A stretch of DNA of 64,000 bases from an uncultured Flavobacteriales bacterium (GCA_943787535.1 CALSMU010000013.1:16529-80528), one strand, 5' to 3'. Shown: positions 27,738-37,303, counted from the stretch's first letter. Program-made: numbers and translations. Notes: generated by a model from the sequence alone, not told the origin.

Positions 27738-27784
27738 ATAAAAAAGCCGACTCCTTCCGATAGTATCGGAACGGAATCGGCTTT
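27738..27784 (-). terminator. rho-independent terminator closing the receptor operon
   Basis: Compound hairpin AAAGCCGA...TCGGCTTT enclosing TTCCGATA/TATCGGAA, followed on the minus strand by TTTTTT. It lies about 20 nt after the stop at 27805. Confidence 0.7.
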
Positions 27785-27804
27785 AAATAAAGAGGTATTC
27801 TACT

Positions 27805-29199
27805 TTATTTCTTTATTAAAATTTGCGTAGAAAAAGCGTTATTATTTGAAATTGAAACGATATAAGTTCCACTTTCAAGAGAAGAAACATCAATCATTTC
27901 AAAAGCATTGTTCGTTGTAGTGTTGATTACTACTTTACCTTCAATGCTTAAAAGAGTAACAGCACTATTAGCAGGAGCTTCAATGTTTACAACCTCGCTT
28001 GCAGGATTAGGGTAAACAGAAGTTTGAAGCGTTTCATTTTCATCAACACCAACCGAAGTAATAATATCAGCAAGTGTTCTAGGTTGAAGTAAAAATGAGC
28101 CAAATGCATAATCAATAATTCCTGTTACATCATAAGGTCCGCCTACAACAGCATTATAAACAGCTCCTAATAAGAAATCATCAACGATACAATCACCAGA
28201 ACCATCATTAATTGTCCATTCTCCAAAACCATTTGTAGCAACTGTGCAGTTAGTTACAGGTATGTTTACTAAAACACCTTCGTACATTTCAGCTAATGCA
28301 GCTCCAGTTGTAACTGTTGTTTTAACAACAGTATTTCCACTTGAGGCATTATTAAAACCTGTTATGTTTGTCAATTCAGTCAAACCGCTAAATTCTGTCA
28401 CTACACAAGTGAAAGTAACAGAATCGCCTATTGCAACCGTATTGTTTAAGTCATAAACGTAAATCCCTGTCCATGGTCCTGATCCATTTTGAATAAAGTA
28501 ACTTCCATTTGATTTAATTCCAGTTACAACACCACCGGCCATAACTGTATTTCCGTTTTCTGGAGAATCTCCGTTACCAGCTACCGTATATTGGATGTCA
28601 TAGATTGATTTGGAAGGTGGGATAACAGCCCCTGTTTCGTTAACCAATATATCATCAACTTCCCAAGTACTTCCATCTGCAGATGTTCCCACGTATTTAA
28701 ATGCAATATAAACACCACTGGCAGCATAAGCAGATAAATTTACATTTCCTGAAGATACCCATTCAAACCAAGTTCCAGAGTTTAAAGGCATTGTCGGACT
28801 CAACGCACTCCAGGTGCCTTGCGAAGAAGGGTCACTAGTTCCGTCATAGTCATTAGAAATTAACACTTCTAAAGCGTCACCATCATATGCGACAGCACTT
28901 TTGAAAGACAATAATGGAGTTGTAGCTGCACTTAAGTCTATTGAAGGAGAAATTAGCCAGCTTTCAACAGGCTCATTTGAAGAGCCATTCCAGTTTTTCA
29001 TCACTCCGTAAGCAGTTGGTGCGCCACCTGCTGTACTTGTTGCCCATGTTAAAGAGGTAGTAGTTGCAGGAGTTGGTTCATTTATTGTCCATCCACCTGA
29101 CGTAGCACTGTTGTCATCAAAATCTTTTGTTAAATATGTCTGTGCATTAACGCTAGAGATAGCTAATGCAGATAAAGCTAAAATGTAAAGTTTTTTCAT
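27805..29199 (-). CDS. T9SS (type A CTD) secreted protein: N-terminal choice-of-anchor-J-like domain + OB-like beta domain
   Basis: Signal peptide. The block ...ESWLISPSIDLS....LSFKSA.AYDGDALEVLISNDYDG...W.. is choice-of-anchor-J-like. The middle IYDIQYT....GNTVMAGGVVTGI....YFIQ.....TGIYVYD....IGDSVTFTCVVTEFSGLTEL recalls the OB-like module of ExeM/NucH-type extracellular nucleases. C-terminal VYPNPAS..VNIE........LLSIEGKV..........D.S.L.SGTYIV.I is a type A sorting domain. Confidence 0.8.
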   Translation of the reverse strand: MKKLYILALSALAISSVNAQTYLTKDFDDNSATSGGWTINEPTPATTTSLTWATSTAGGAPTAYGVMKNWNGSSNEPVESWLISPSIDLSAATTPLLSFKSAVAYDGDALEVLISNDYDGTSDPSSQGTWSALSPTMPLNSGTWFEWVSSGNVNLSAYAASGVYIAFKYVGTSADGSTWEVDDILVNETGAVIPPSKSIYDIQYTVAGNGDSPENGNTVMAGGVVTGIKSNGSYFIQNGSGPWTGIYVYDLNNTVAIGDSVTFTCVVTEFSGLTELTNITGFNNASSGNTVVKTTVTTGAALAEMYEGVLVNIPVTNCTVATNGFGEWTINDGSGDCIVDDFLLGAVYNAVVGGPYDVTGIIDYAFGSFLLQPRTLADIITSVGVDENETLQTSVYPNPASEVVNIEAPANSAVTLLSIEGKVVINTTTNNAFEMIDVSSLESGTYIVSISNNNAFSTQILIKK

Positions 29200-29224
29200 G
29201 TTATTAATTTTTGTGTAAGGTTTA

Positions 29225-30496
29225 TTAAAGTTCTTCTATTTTTATATCATCGATTTCCCAAGTACTTCCATCGGAAGCAGAACCAATGTATTTAAAGGCA
29301 ACGTAAACACCATTTTGAGTAAAGGAGGATAAATTTAATGGTCCTGAATTTACCCATTCGAAAAATCCTGAGGACCATAATGCTCCTCCCGTAAAAGATG
29401 TCCAAGTTGCTAGGTTCGGATCTCCATTACCAGAATAATCTGCAGAAATAAGGACTTCCAAAGCATTTCCAGTATAACTATATGCGTTGTTAAAGCTTAA
29501 TGCTGGAGTAGTTGCTCCGCTTAAATCAATAGATGGAGAAATAAGCCAGGACTCATTAATCTCGTTTGTCGAACCATTGTAGTTACTCATGTTTCCATAG
29601 GATTGACCGCCAAATTCACCAACAGTCCAATTTAGCGTGCCAATAACCAATTGAGTAGTCCAACCTCCAGAAGTTACACTCCCATCATTAAAGTTTTTTT
29701 CTAATATTGGGGGAATTCCACTACTGGTGCATCTGGTGTTTGTGAAATCAGCACTTTCAGGATCTCTAACATAGATTTGTAAATCTAAGGTTGTGAAGAG
29801 TGCGGGATTTGTTTCCGTAGTGTATATGCCAACAATACCCGTTAAAGATCCATTTAAAGAAGGAATTATATCATCAGCGAAATTTGCATATCCGCTGGTT
29901 CTAACAATTAAGGAATTTAAATTACAATTTAAAATATTGTGGTTTACATCACTTTGTGTTACGGAATTTGACCAGGTTGCCCCCATAGATGCCTGCTCAA
30001 ATTCAACATCTTCAAATGTTACTAGCAATCCTCTATCTGCATCTGGATTAATTGTGGTAATTGTTCTTAAAGCAGGAGCTACATGTTTTCCAGTGGCTTG
30101 TTTAATAATATTGTTATCTACATCAACCCCATCTAACTGAAACATTCCTCTATATATGTCAATAGTAGTGCCTTTTAAATAGATCCTGATAGAATCTCCC
30201 TCGTATAATCCTCCGGAGTTGACCAGTCTTAATTGAATAGCATGATTTCCTGCTTGAACATAAACTTCTTTATAGAAATTTCCAGAAGATTCATCCGTAG
30301 TAGCGGTAGCATAAACAGAGTAATCTTCAGTAAAAGTATATGCTGCTCCAACGGAGTCTCTAAATGCTTTCAATTCTTCAATTGTCAGAATGTTGCCAAC
30401 CGGTAAATTCTGCACAGGTGGAGAATCATATTCTTTTCTGCAAGAAAATGTGCTTATAAGAATTCCGATTGCTAATAGTATATTTAAATTTTTCAT
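29225..30496 (-). CDS. surface lipoprotein: N-terminal DUF5689-like OB/beta domain + C-terminal choice-of-anchor-J-like domain
   Basis: Lipobox LISTFSC. LTIEELKA......I..D..V.A..T.DESSGNFYKEVYVQ.G..AI.LRL.....LYEGD.I.I.L.G is as I recall for DUF5689. The C-terminal 150 aa is a close paralogue of the N-terminal domain of the 27805 gene. Confidence 0.75.
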   Translation of the reverse strand: MKNLNILLAIGILISTFSCRKEYDSPPVQNLPVGNILTIEELKAFRDSVGAAYTFTEDYSVYATATTDESSGNFYKEVYVQAGNHAIQLRLVNSGGLYEGDSIRIYLKGTTIDIYRGMFQLDGVDVDNNIIKQATGKHVAPALRTITTINPDADRGLLVTFEDVEFEQASMGATWSNSVTQSDVNHNILNCNLNSLIVRTSGYANFADDIIPSLNGSLTGIVGIYTTETNPALFTTLDLQIYVRDPESADFTNTRCTSSGIPPILEKNFNDGSVTSGGWTTQLVIGTLNWTVGEFGGQSYGNMSNYNGSTNEINESWLISPSIDLSGATTPALSFNNAYSYTGNALEVLISADYSGNGDPNLATWTSFTGGALWSSGFFEWVNSGPLNLSSFTQNGVYVAFKYIGSASDGSTWEIDDIKIEEL

Positions 30497-30522
30497 AATC
30501 TATTTGGATATCTATTCTTTTA

Positions 30523-33045
30523 TTAAAATAAGTAACTGACCGAAGCGAAATAAGTTAACCCATACATATAACCATATTTAGGTGGAAACCTGTCAATTTG
30601 AGTTACATCATATCGCAATTGCTCAAAACCACCTGTTTTGAATGATGTATTGTTTAATACATTGTTTATGTTAATGTTTAAACGAACAAATGAGTTGTTT
30701 TTTAACTTCCAAGATTTGCCTCCGTAAAGGTTCAATGAGTAGCCATTTTCTAATTTTTCTTGGTCAATTATTTCTGTAATCTGAGGATCTGTATCTACGA
30801 AGTTTGCAAGCGCTTCTTCTGTTCTTCTGTCTGGATTGGGGTCTAGGTATATATTGGCAAAGTAATTAAAATTAGTGCCAGCATACCAATATTTTCGAGC
30901 ATTGTACTTAAATCCAATAGATGCAGCAGTTTGCGGCATTCCTCCAATTCTATAGTTTTTAAAATAAATTGTTCTGTTTTCAGCAACAATTTCTTCCGAG
31001 TTGTCTCGAGTAATTGTAGCATTTGGCCTCGAATTATAAAGCGACATGCTATGTGTTCCCGCAGCTTGAATGACAAATGCTCCTAAAGTTTTTTCTACTC
31101 CTAACTCAATACCAGTGAATAATTGGTCAACATCTGTCATCATATAGTTTACGAATGTTCTAAATTCATCATGATAAAAGCTACGTGCCCATACTTGATC
31201 GTCTATTTGCGTGTAGTAACCTGTTAATCTCACCTTTAATTTAGGGTATCTAATGACATAACTTAAATCACCGGATAGAATTTTGGTGCTTTCTAAACTA
31301 TCAATAACTTGATCTCTAGTTCTAGGGGATATAAATGCATTTCGAGAAAATGGCGCTCTTGTTGAATAAGTTAAGTTTCCTGTTACAAGGTGTCTACCGG
31401 TAATTTTATATACAGCTCCAGCTTTTATTCCGTAATTAAAAAAGTTATTTTTTTCAGATTCTCCAATAGATTCTTCAGGGAATCTACCATTTTGAACATT
31501 ACCTGTTCTCCAGAAAGAAGTGTAAGAAGATGTTAGACCGGCATATGCATCAACCTTTTTTGATTTAAAATCTACTTGTCCGAAAATCTCAGCTTTGTTA
31601 TTGTGAATGTTATAGTCGTATCCAAATTTATCGCCAGCTCTGATAAGTTTATTTGTAGTCGATAAATCGTTTTGCGCAACACTATCATTTGCAAAATCTC
31701 TTTCAGCAAATTGATCTACATCGACCCAGAAATCACCTCCTAATAAATCTGCCATTAATCTATAGTTATGGCTTGTATAGGTATGTGCGTTAATACCTGC
31801 AGTTAAGTAAATTTTTTCATTGAGCTGATTGTTATATACTGAATTGACTCCAAATCTTCTTGGGTCAACTCTATATTCTTCAACAATATACTTAGAACGA
31901 TTTCCGGTAATAATGTTTCCTTCACCATTTGCATTTTCTACAGCATGTAAATTTTTAGAATTCGCAAAATACATTTGGTCCCAATTTAATTGCGATGTGC
32001 TTGTATTGTTTTGCCAAGCTGAAGTTGCTGCATTTGCCTCATCAAATTCTGCTCTGTTTGTAAAATAACTTGGTAGGTTTTTGTAATAATCGGGTCTTGG
32101 GTCGGCAGCATCGTACCAGTTTAAGTTGGTACTGCTCGTTCTTCCGAAAACTGCATAAACAGATGTAGTCAATTTTGATTTTTCATCTATTTGTAAATAA
32201 TCTGTTACTACAACATAGGGTTTGTGATTGTCTCGCATCCGTGCGTTTCTTTTAATACTGTCACCTTCAGATGTAGTTTGGTATCCCCAATATGGATTGT
32301 AGTAATTAGAACCTGTCAAATCCAAAGCTTCTTGCTGCGCAATCCCTCTTCTTCCTTGAACTGCTGGTGCTCCAAATCCCGCTAAGTTAATAGTGTGATT
32401 ATCGTTAATTCTTCTTTCTATAGCAGCAAAATAACTTCCTCCACTATAAGATGTTCCTTCAACATAACCTTCATTGGCCCATCTGGAAGACGCAGAGACT
32501 GAAAAAGCCCAATCTCCTTTCCAACCAGAATTATATGAATACATTGCTCTGTTGTTATAGCTTCTGTTGGTAGCTGCGTAAGAAGCTCTGTGCCCTTTGC
32601 TTTTTTCTGAGGCCCTTAAACTAATTGAAGAGTAACCTCCAATTCCGCCATAAGTGGTGTGTGAAGATGCAATTCCCATTTTAGCTTCTGGGTATCTTGT
32701 AACATCATTCAATCCACCCCAGTAACTCCATATAGCCCATCCACTCTCGGGATCATTGCCCGGTATTCCGCCAATTAAAATGTTGGTATTTTCTGAACTA
32801 TACCCCCTTAGTCTAAATCTTGCAGCGCTAAAGTTAAATCCGGCTATACCCGCATAAACGTCTCTTGAAGATTGCAGCAAACCACTAATATTTTGCGATT
32901 GACCCTCGGATTGAATCAAATCTGCTCCTGAAGTAATAAGCGGCATATTTGTAATTGAGGAATCCTGATTCGTAGAATCTGATTGCGCACAAATAGTAAA
33001 TACACAAAAAGATAGGATGAAAATGGCTAGGTTTCTAAGCTTCAT
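30523..33045 (-). CDS. TonB-dependent outer-membrane receptor (non-SusC type, no CarboxypepD_reg extension)
   Basis: Signal peptide, plug motifs (FRLRGYSSENTNILIGGIPGND, YGGIGGYSSISLRA), a long beta-barrel and a terminal aromatic residue (...SYLF). Confidence 0.9.
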   Translation of the reverse strand: MKLRNLAIFILSFCVFTICAQSDSTNQDSSITNMPLITSGADLIQSEGQSQNISGLLQSSRDVYAGIAGFNFSAARFRLRGYSSENTNILIGGIPGNDPESGWAIWSYWGGLNDVTRYPEAKMGIASSHTTYGGIGGYSSISLRASEKSKGHRASYAATNRSYNNRAMYSYNSGWKGDWAFSVSASSRWANEGYVEGTSYSGGSYFAAIERRINDNHTINLAGFGAPAVQGRRGIAQQEALDLTGSNYYNPYWGYQTTSEGDSIKRNARMRDNHKPYVVVTDYLQIDEKSKLTTSVYAVFGRTSSTNLNWYDAADPRPDYYKNLPSYFTNRAEFDEANAATSAWQNNTSTSQLNWDQMYFANSKNLHAVENANGEGNIITGNRSKYIVEEYRVDPRRFGVNSVYNNQLNEKIYLTAGINAHTYTSHNYRLMADLLGGDFWVDVDQFAERDFANDSVAQNDLSTTNKLIRAGDKFGYDYNIHNNKAEIFGQVDFKSKKVDAYAGLTSSYTSFWRTGNVQNGRFPEESIGESEKNNFFNYGIKAGAVYKITGRHLVTGNLTYSTRAPFSRNAFISPRTRDQVIDSLESTKILSGDLSYVIRYPKLKVRLTGYYTQIDDQVWARSFYHDEFRTFVNYMMTDVDQLFTGIELGVEKTLGAFVIQAAGTHSMSLYNSRPNATITRDNSEEIVAENRTIYFKNYRIGGMPQTAASIGFKYNARKYWYAGTNFNYFANIYLDPNPDRRTEEALANFVDTDPQITEIIDQEKLENGYSLNLYGGKSWKLKNNSFVRLNININNVLNNTSFKTGGFEQLRYDVTQIDRFPPKYGYMYGLTYFASVSYLF

Positions 33046-33245
33046 AGTTATTTAAGAATTGCAACTGAATCTATTGTGCCAATGGAAGTAAATATATGTT
33101 AACCGTTTTGAATTTCTAAAGATGATATGCGAGAAATACAGTTAAACTTTATAATCTTTTACTCTGTTGGTTTTTAGTTATCTATACAAACATGGTTTCA
33201 GGTGCTTTGTCACTTTCAAGGAGAACATGTTGTACTTTATGTATG

Positions 33246-33253
33246 CAAATGTA
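33246..33253 (-). promoter_or_regulatory. candidate -7 box (minus strand TACATTTG) for the receptor operon
   Basis: This is the only TAnnTTTG match I found on the minus strand of the 412-nt gap. It would give a leader of roughly 190 nt. Confidence 0.25.
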
Positions 33254-33433
33254 AAATATTTTTAATAAAGTCCCACTTGGATAGGTGTGTTGTGAATAAC
33301 TTAATAAATTATAAACATTTTTTTTTGGTTAAATCGTTATTTGTTCTCGCTTAAGGGGTGTTTGTTTAAACTCTATTTGGTTGAAAAGTTCACTAAATTA
33401 TTGGTTGTTTTTTGGGAAGTTTAGTTTTGGCTA

Positions 33434-33441
33434 TATATTTG
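33434..33441 (+). promoter_or_regulatory. candidate -7 box TATATTTG
   Basis: It fits TAnnTTTG and lies upstream of the EEP gene (GTG 33458 / ATG 33497). Confidence 0.4.
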
Positions 33442-33496
33442 CTACCTGGGTTTAATAGTGATTTCATCATTAAAACCAATTAAAATTTCAATTCCT

Positions 33497-34573
33497 ATGT
33501 CGCTACTTAGATATACATTTTCAACGCTTTTATTGCTATTTTGTTTTACAACTCTAAAAGCACAAATACTTAATCCGGACAGGAGTTACGAGGTTGCTTG
33601 TGTTGGTTTTTATAACCTTGAGAATTTATTTGATACTATAGTTGACCCTGATACAAATAAAATTCTCCAGGAAGATTTTACGCCAAAAAGCAGTAAGCAG
33701 TGGAATTCAAAAAAGTACTTCAGTAAGCTAAATAATATGGCGGATGTAATTAGTAAAATTGGTGTTTCAAAATCTGTTCCTGATGGGGCAGCTGTTCTAG
33801 GCGTCTGTGAAATAGAAAATAAATCGGTATTAGATGATTTAGTAGCGCACGAAAAACTTAAAAACAAAAATTATCAGATTGTTCATTATGATTCTCCAGA
33901 TAAAAGGGGAATTGATGTGGGATTTTTATACCAGCCAAAATATTTTAAAGTAACTTCTAGTAAAACTTATACCCTAACTCTGCCTGATAGAGATGATTGG
34001 TTTACAAGAGATCAGCTATTGGTTTCTGGAGAATTAAATGGAGAAAAAATGCATTTTATTGTTTGTCACTGGCCTTCCAGAAGAGGAGGGCAAAAAGCGA
34101 GCTCACATAAACGTATTGCAGCTGGTGAACTGGCTAAGAGTATTGTTGATTCGTTAACAAAAGAAAATCCTTTGGCAAAGGTTTTAGTAATGGGAGATTT
34201 AAATGATGATCCGGTTGATCCAAGTGTTAGAGAGGCAATGAACTCAGTTGGAAAGATTAAAAAAATGAAGGAAGGAGATATGTTTAATCCTATGGAATCA
34301 CTTTTTAAATTAGGAATAGGCACCTTAGGTTACAATGATGCGTGGAATTTATTTGATCAAATGGTTATAACATCTGGGTTGATATCGAAGGACAATAGTT
34401 TTAACACTTATTCTTATTTTACCGCTAAAGTGTTTAATAATTCATTCTTGAAAAATAGTTCAGGAAGATTTGAAGGATTTCCATTTAGAACTTATTCTTA
34501 TGGGAAATTTATCAATGGCTACAGCGATCATTTTCCTGTATATTTATACTTGGTTAAACAGAAAAGTAGATAA
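33497..34573 (+). CDS. secreted endonuclease/exonuclease/phosphatase (EEP) fold protein, no T9SS domain
   Basis: Signal peptide MSLLRYTFSTLLLLFCFTTLKAQ (the GTG at 33458 is an alternative start). EEP motifs: GFYNLENLFD, VCEIEN, VCHWPSRRGG, MGDLNDDP, SDHFPVY. Confidence 0.85.
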   Translation: MSLLRYTFSTLLLLFCFTTLKAQILNPDRSYEVACVGFYNLENLFDTIVDPDTNKILQEDFTPKSSKQWNSKKYFSKLNNMADVISKIGVSKSVPDGAAVLGVCEIENKSVLDDLVAHEKLKNKNYQIVHYDSPDKRGIDVGFLYQPKYFKVTSSKTYTLTLPDRDDWFTRDQLLVSGELNGEKMHFIVCHWPSRRGGQKASSHKRIAAGELAKSIVDSLTKENPLAKVLVMGDLNDDPVDPSVREAMNSVGKIKKMKEGDMFNPMESLFKLGIGTLGYNDAWNLFDQMVITSGLISKDNSFNTYSYFTAKVFNNSFLKNSSGRFEGFPFRTYSYGKFINGYSDHFPVYLYLVKQKSR

Positions 34574-34596
34574 TTAATACGTCATTTTTACATTTT

Positions 34597-35829
34597 ATGA
34601 GGAATTTAAAATTATTCATTGTTGTTGCGTTCGTATTTCTTTGCAATACTGGAAGAGCCCAGGAAACACTAAAAGTTATGTATTATAACTTGTTAAACTT
34701 CCCATCAACATCTCCAGAAAGAGCAGATACATTAAAAAAGATTGTGCAACACGTCTTACCCGATATGTTTTTGGTTAATGAATTAGATAATCAATTTGGG
34801 GCAACATTAATATTAAATAATGCGCTTAATCAAAATGGGATAACGCATTATCAGCAAGCTACATTTGTAGATGGTCCTGATACTGATAATATGTTGTTTT
34901 TTAATTCTAATAAATTGGGTTTGATTTCTCAAAATGAAATCCAAACTTCGTTAAGGGATATAAATGAATACATTTTGTATTACAAAGCTCCGGATTTAGC
35001 TTCTACAATGGATACGGCCTTTTTCTTCATGTATTCCTGTCATTTAAAAGCTGGAAGTACGGATCCTAATCCAGATTATCGATTGGCCGAAGCGCAAGTT
35101 TTTAAAAATTATTTGTCTGGAAAAACAGGACTAAAAAATGTAATGTTTGGTGGGGACTTTAATTTTTACGGAAGTTCAGTCTCTAGTGAGCCTGCGCATA
35201 ATTGGGTTTTAAATGGAGGAACTATTCCGTTGTTTGATCCAATTGATATGACCGGTGAGTGGCATGCGAATTCATTCTATGCTAGTATTCATACGCAAAG
35301 TACAAGAACTGTAAGTTTTGACGGTGGAGCGACTGGCGGATTAGACGACCGCTTTGATTTTGTTTTTATAAGTAATGATTTACAAACTGGAGCAAATAAA
35401 GCAAAATATGTCGATAATTCTTATACATCCATCGGCAATGATGGAGCTCATTACAATACATCATTGGTAAACCCTTTATCCAATGGGGCTGTGCCAGATG
35501 ATGTTGCAAATGCGTTGTATCAAATGAGCGATCATTTGCCAGTTTACCTAGAGATACAAGTAGGAGGGGATGTTGGTATTACCGAGAATGACTATATTAG
35601 TAGTTTTAGTTTCAATAGTACTTCCAGAGAGTTGGAAGTTTTTCTAAAAAACAGTGAGAATCAAATTTCACTATCGGTTTACGATATTTCAGGTAAAAGA
35701 ATTCTAGATCAAATGCATTCCGGAATTGATTTAATAAAAACATCCTTTCCCTACCTAAGAAGTGGAGTGTATATTATAAATCTTCAAAAAAGAGGAATGA
35801 ATACTTCTTTGAAAGTTATTGTTCTTTAA
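34597..35829 (+). CDS. EEP-fold protein with type A T9SS C-terminal sorting domain
   Basis: Signal peptide. EEP motifs: MYYNLLNF, LVNELD, SCHLKAG, GGDFNF, LDDRFDFV, SDHLPVY. The C-terminal 80 aa (LSVYDISGKRIL.....SGVYIINL) is CTD-like. Confidence 0.85.
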   Translation: MRNLKLFIVVAFVFLCNTGRAQETLKVMYYNLLNFPSTSPERADTLKKIVQHVLPDMFLVNELDNQFGATLILNNALNQNGITHYQQATFVDGPDTDNMLFFNSNKLGLISQNEIQTSLRDINEYILYYKAPDLASTMDTAFFFMYSCHLKAGSTDPNPDYRLAEAQVFKNYLSGKTGLKNVMFGGDFNFYGSSVSSEPAHNWVLNGGTIPLFDPIDMTGEWHANSFYASIHTQSTRTVSFDGGATGGLDDRFDFVFISNDLQTGANKAKYVDNSYTSIGNDGAHYNTSLVNPLSNGAVPDDVANALYQMSDHLPVYLEIQVGGDVGITENDYISSFSFNSTSRELEVFLKNSENQISLSVYDISGKRILDQMHSGIDLIKTSFPYLRSGVYIINLQKRGMNTSLKVIVL

Positions 35830-35831
35830 AA

Positions 35832-36590
35832 TTACCTGCTAAAGTCCATAACCATATTATAAAAACTGAATGGGTTCTCAGCATGTACCCAGTGCCCAGC
35901 ATCATAAATGGTTTCTATTTCACTATTCGGGAATTGGTCGTAGATGTTTTGAAAATCGTCTTCTGCAATGTAATTTGATTTTTCCCCACGAATAAATAGT
36001 GTGGGAGTGTCCACAATCTTATCCGGAATAGCGGCAACAATATCTGACATCTTCTTTTCTAATACAGGAATATTTATCCTCCATCCCAATTGACCTTTTT
36101 CTATCCAGTATAAATTTTTCAGTAAAAATTGTTTTACCCCGATGTCTTCAATGAATTTCGATAATTGTTTATCTGCTTGGCCTCTTGATTTTATGATAGA
36201 TAAATCCAAAGAGTTAAGCCCTTCCAAAATAATCCCATGGTGCATTGGGTAAGCTTTTGGTCCAATATCTACAACTATTAGCTTCTCAATAAATAGCGGG
36301 TGCTGTTGCGCGAAATGCATAACTGTTTTTCCTCCCATAGAGTGTCCTATAAGAATAATATTTTCTAATTCTAGGTCAGTAATGAGTTTGTATAGATCAT
36401 CCGAAAGCAATTGGTAATTGAATTCATCACTTTTTGGTGAATGTCCATGATTTCTTTGGTCTACAAGGTAAACTTCAAAATTCTCGGCAAATTTTTTACC
36501 TAAGGTTTGCCAATTGTCAGAGCTGCCAAACAACCCATGAAGGATGATTAATGGTTGACCTTTTCCATATTTTCTGTAATGTAATTTCAT
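35832..36590 (-). CDS. alpha/beta-fold hydrolase (YbfF-like esterase)
   Basis: ILHGLFGS, the nucleophile elbow GHSMGG, and the C-terminal GHWVHAE. Confidence 0.85.
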   Translation of the reverse strand: MKLHYRKYGKGQPLIILHGLFGSSDNWQTLGKKFAENFEVYLVDQRNHGHSPKSDEFNYQLLSDDLYKLITDLELENIILIGHSMGGKTVMHFAQQHPLFIEKLIVVDIGPKAYPMHHGIILEGLNSLDLSIIKSRGQADKQLSKFIEDIGVKQFLLKNLYWIEKGQLGWRINIPVLEKKMSDIVAAIPDKIVDTPTLFIRGEKSNYIAEDDFQNIYDQFPNSEIETIYDAGHWVHAENPFSFYNMVMDFSR

Positions 36591-37303
36591 TTTAACTCTC
36601 TCAAATAAAGTTGGACGGTGTTTTCCATTCCAAATTGCAGTGCATCAGATATTAATGCATGTCCTATTGATACCTCTTCTAGGCCTGGCAAATTATCTTT
36701 AAAAAACTTTAAATTATCTAAAGATAAATCATGACCAGCATTTAGTCCTAACCCTATTTCTACGGCTCTTTTTGTTGCTTCTGTAAAAGGAGCAATTGCT
36801 TTGTGTTTATCTATTAAATAATTAGCAGCATAGCTTTCTGTATATAATTCAATTCTATCGGACCCTGTTTCTAAAGCACCTTCAATCATTTTAATATCGG
36901 GGTCGACAAAAATAGAAGTTCGAATTCCTTTTTCTTTAAAACAACCAATAATTTCTTGCAAATAGATTTTATGTTGAATCGTATCCCAGCCATGATCAGA
37001 TGTAAGCTGACCTCCACTATCGGGCACAAGCGTTACTTGTTCCGGAATTATATCTAAAACAAGGTCAATGAACTTATTTTCTTTAGGGTTGCCTTCAATA
37101 TTAAACTCCGTTTGGACAACTTTCTTTAAGTCATATACGTCTTTGTATCGTATGTGTCGTTCATCGGGTCTTGGGTGTACTGTAATTCCTTGGGCACCAA
37201 AACGCTCAATGTTCTGAGCCATTTTGATTAAATTAGGAGTATTTCCTCCTCTTGCATTTCTGATGGTAGCAATTTTGTTAATATTGACACTTAATCTTAC
37301 CAT
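36587..37303 (-). CDS. pdxJ: pyridoxine 5'-phosphate synthase
   Basis: LSVNINKIATIRNARGG..P, TVHPRPDERHI, NIEGNP, and HALISDAL at the C-terminus. Confidence 0.95.
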   Translation of the reverse strand: MVRLSVNINKIATIRNARGGNTPNLIKMAQNIERFGAQGITVHPRPDERHIRYKDVYDLKKVVQTEFNIEGNPKENKFIDLVLDIIPEQVTLVPDSGGQLTSDHGWDTIQHKIYLQEIIGCFKEKGIRTSIFVDPDIKMIEGALETGSDRIELYTESYAANYLIDKHKAIAPFTEATKRAVEIGLGLNAGHDLSLDNLKFFKDNLPGLEEVSIGHALISDALQFGMENTVQLYLRELK

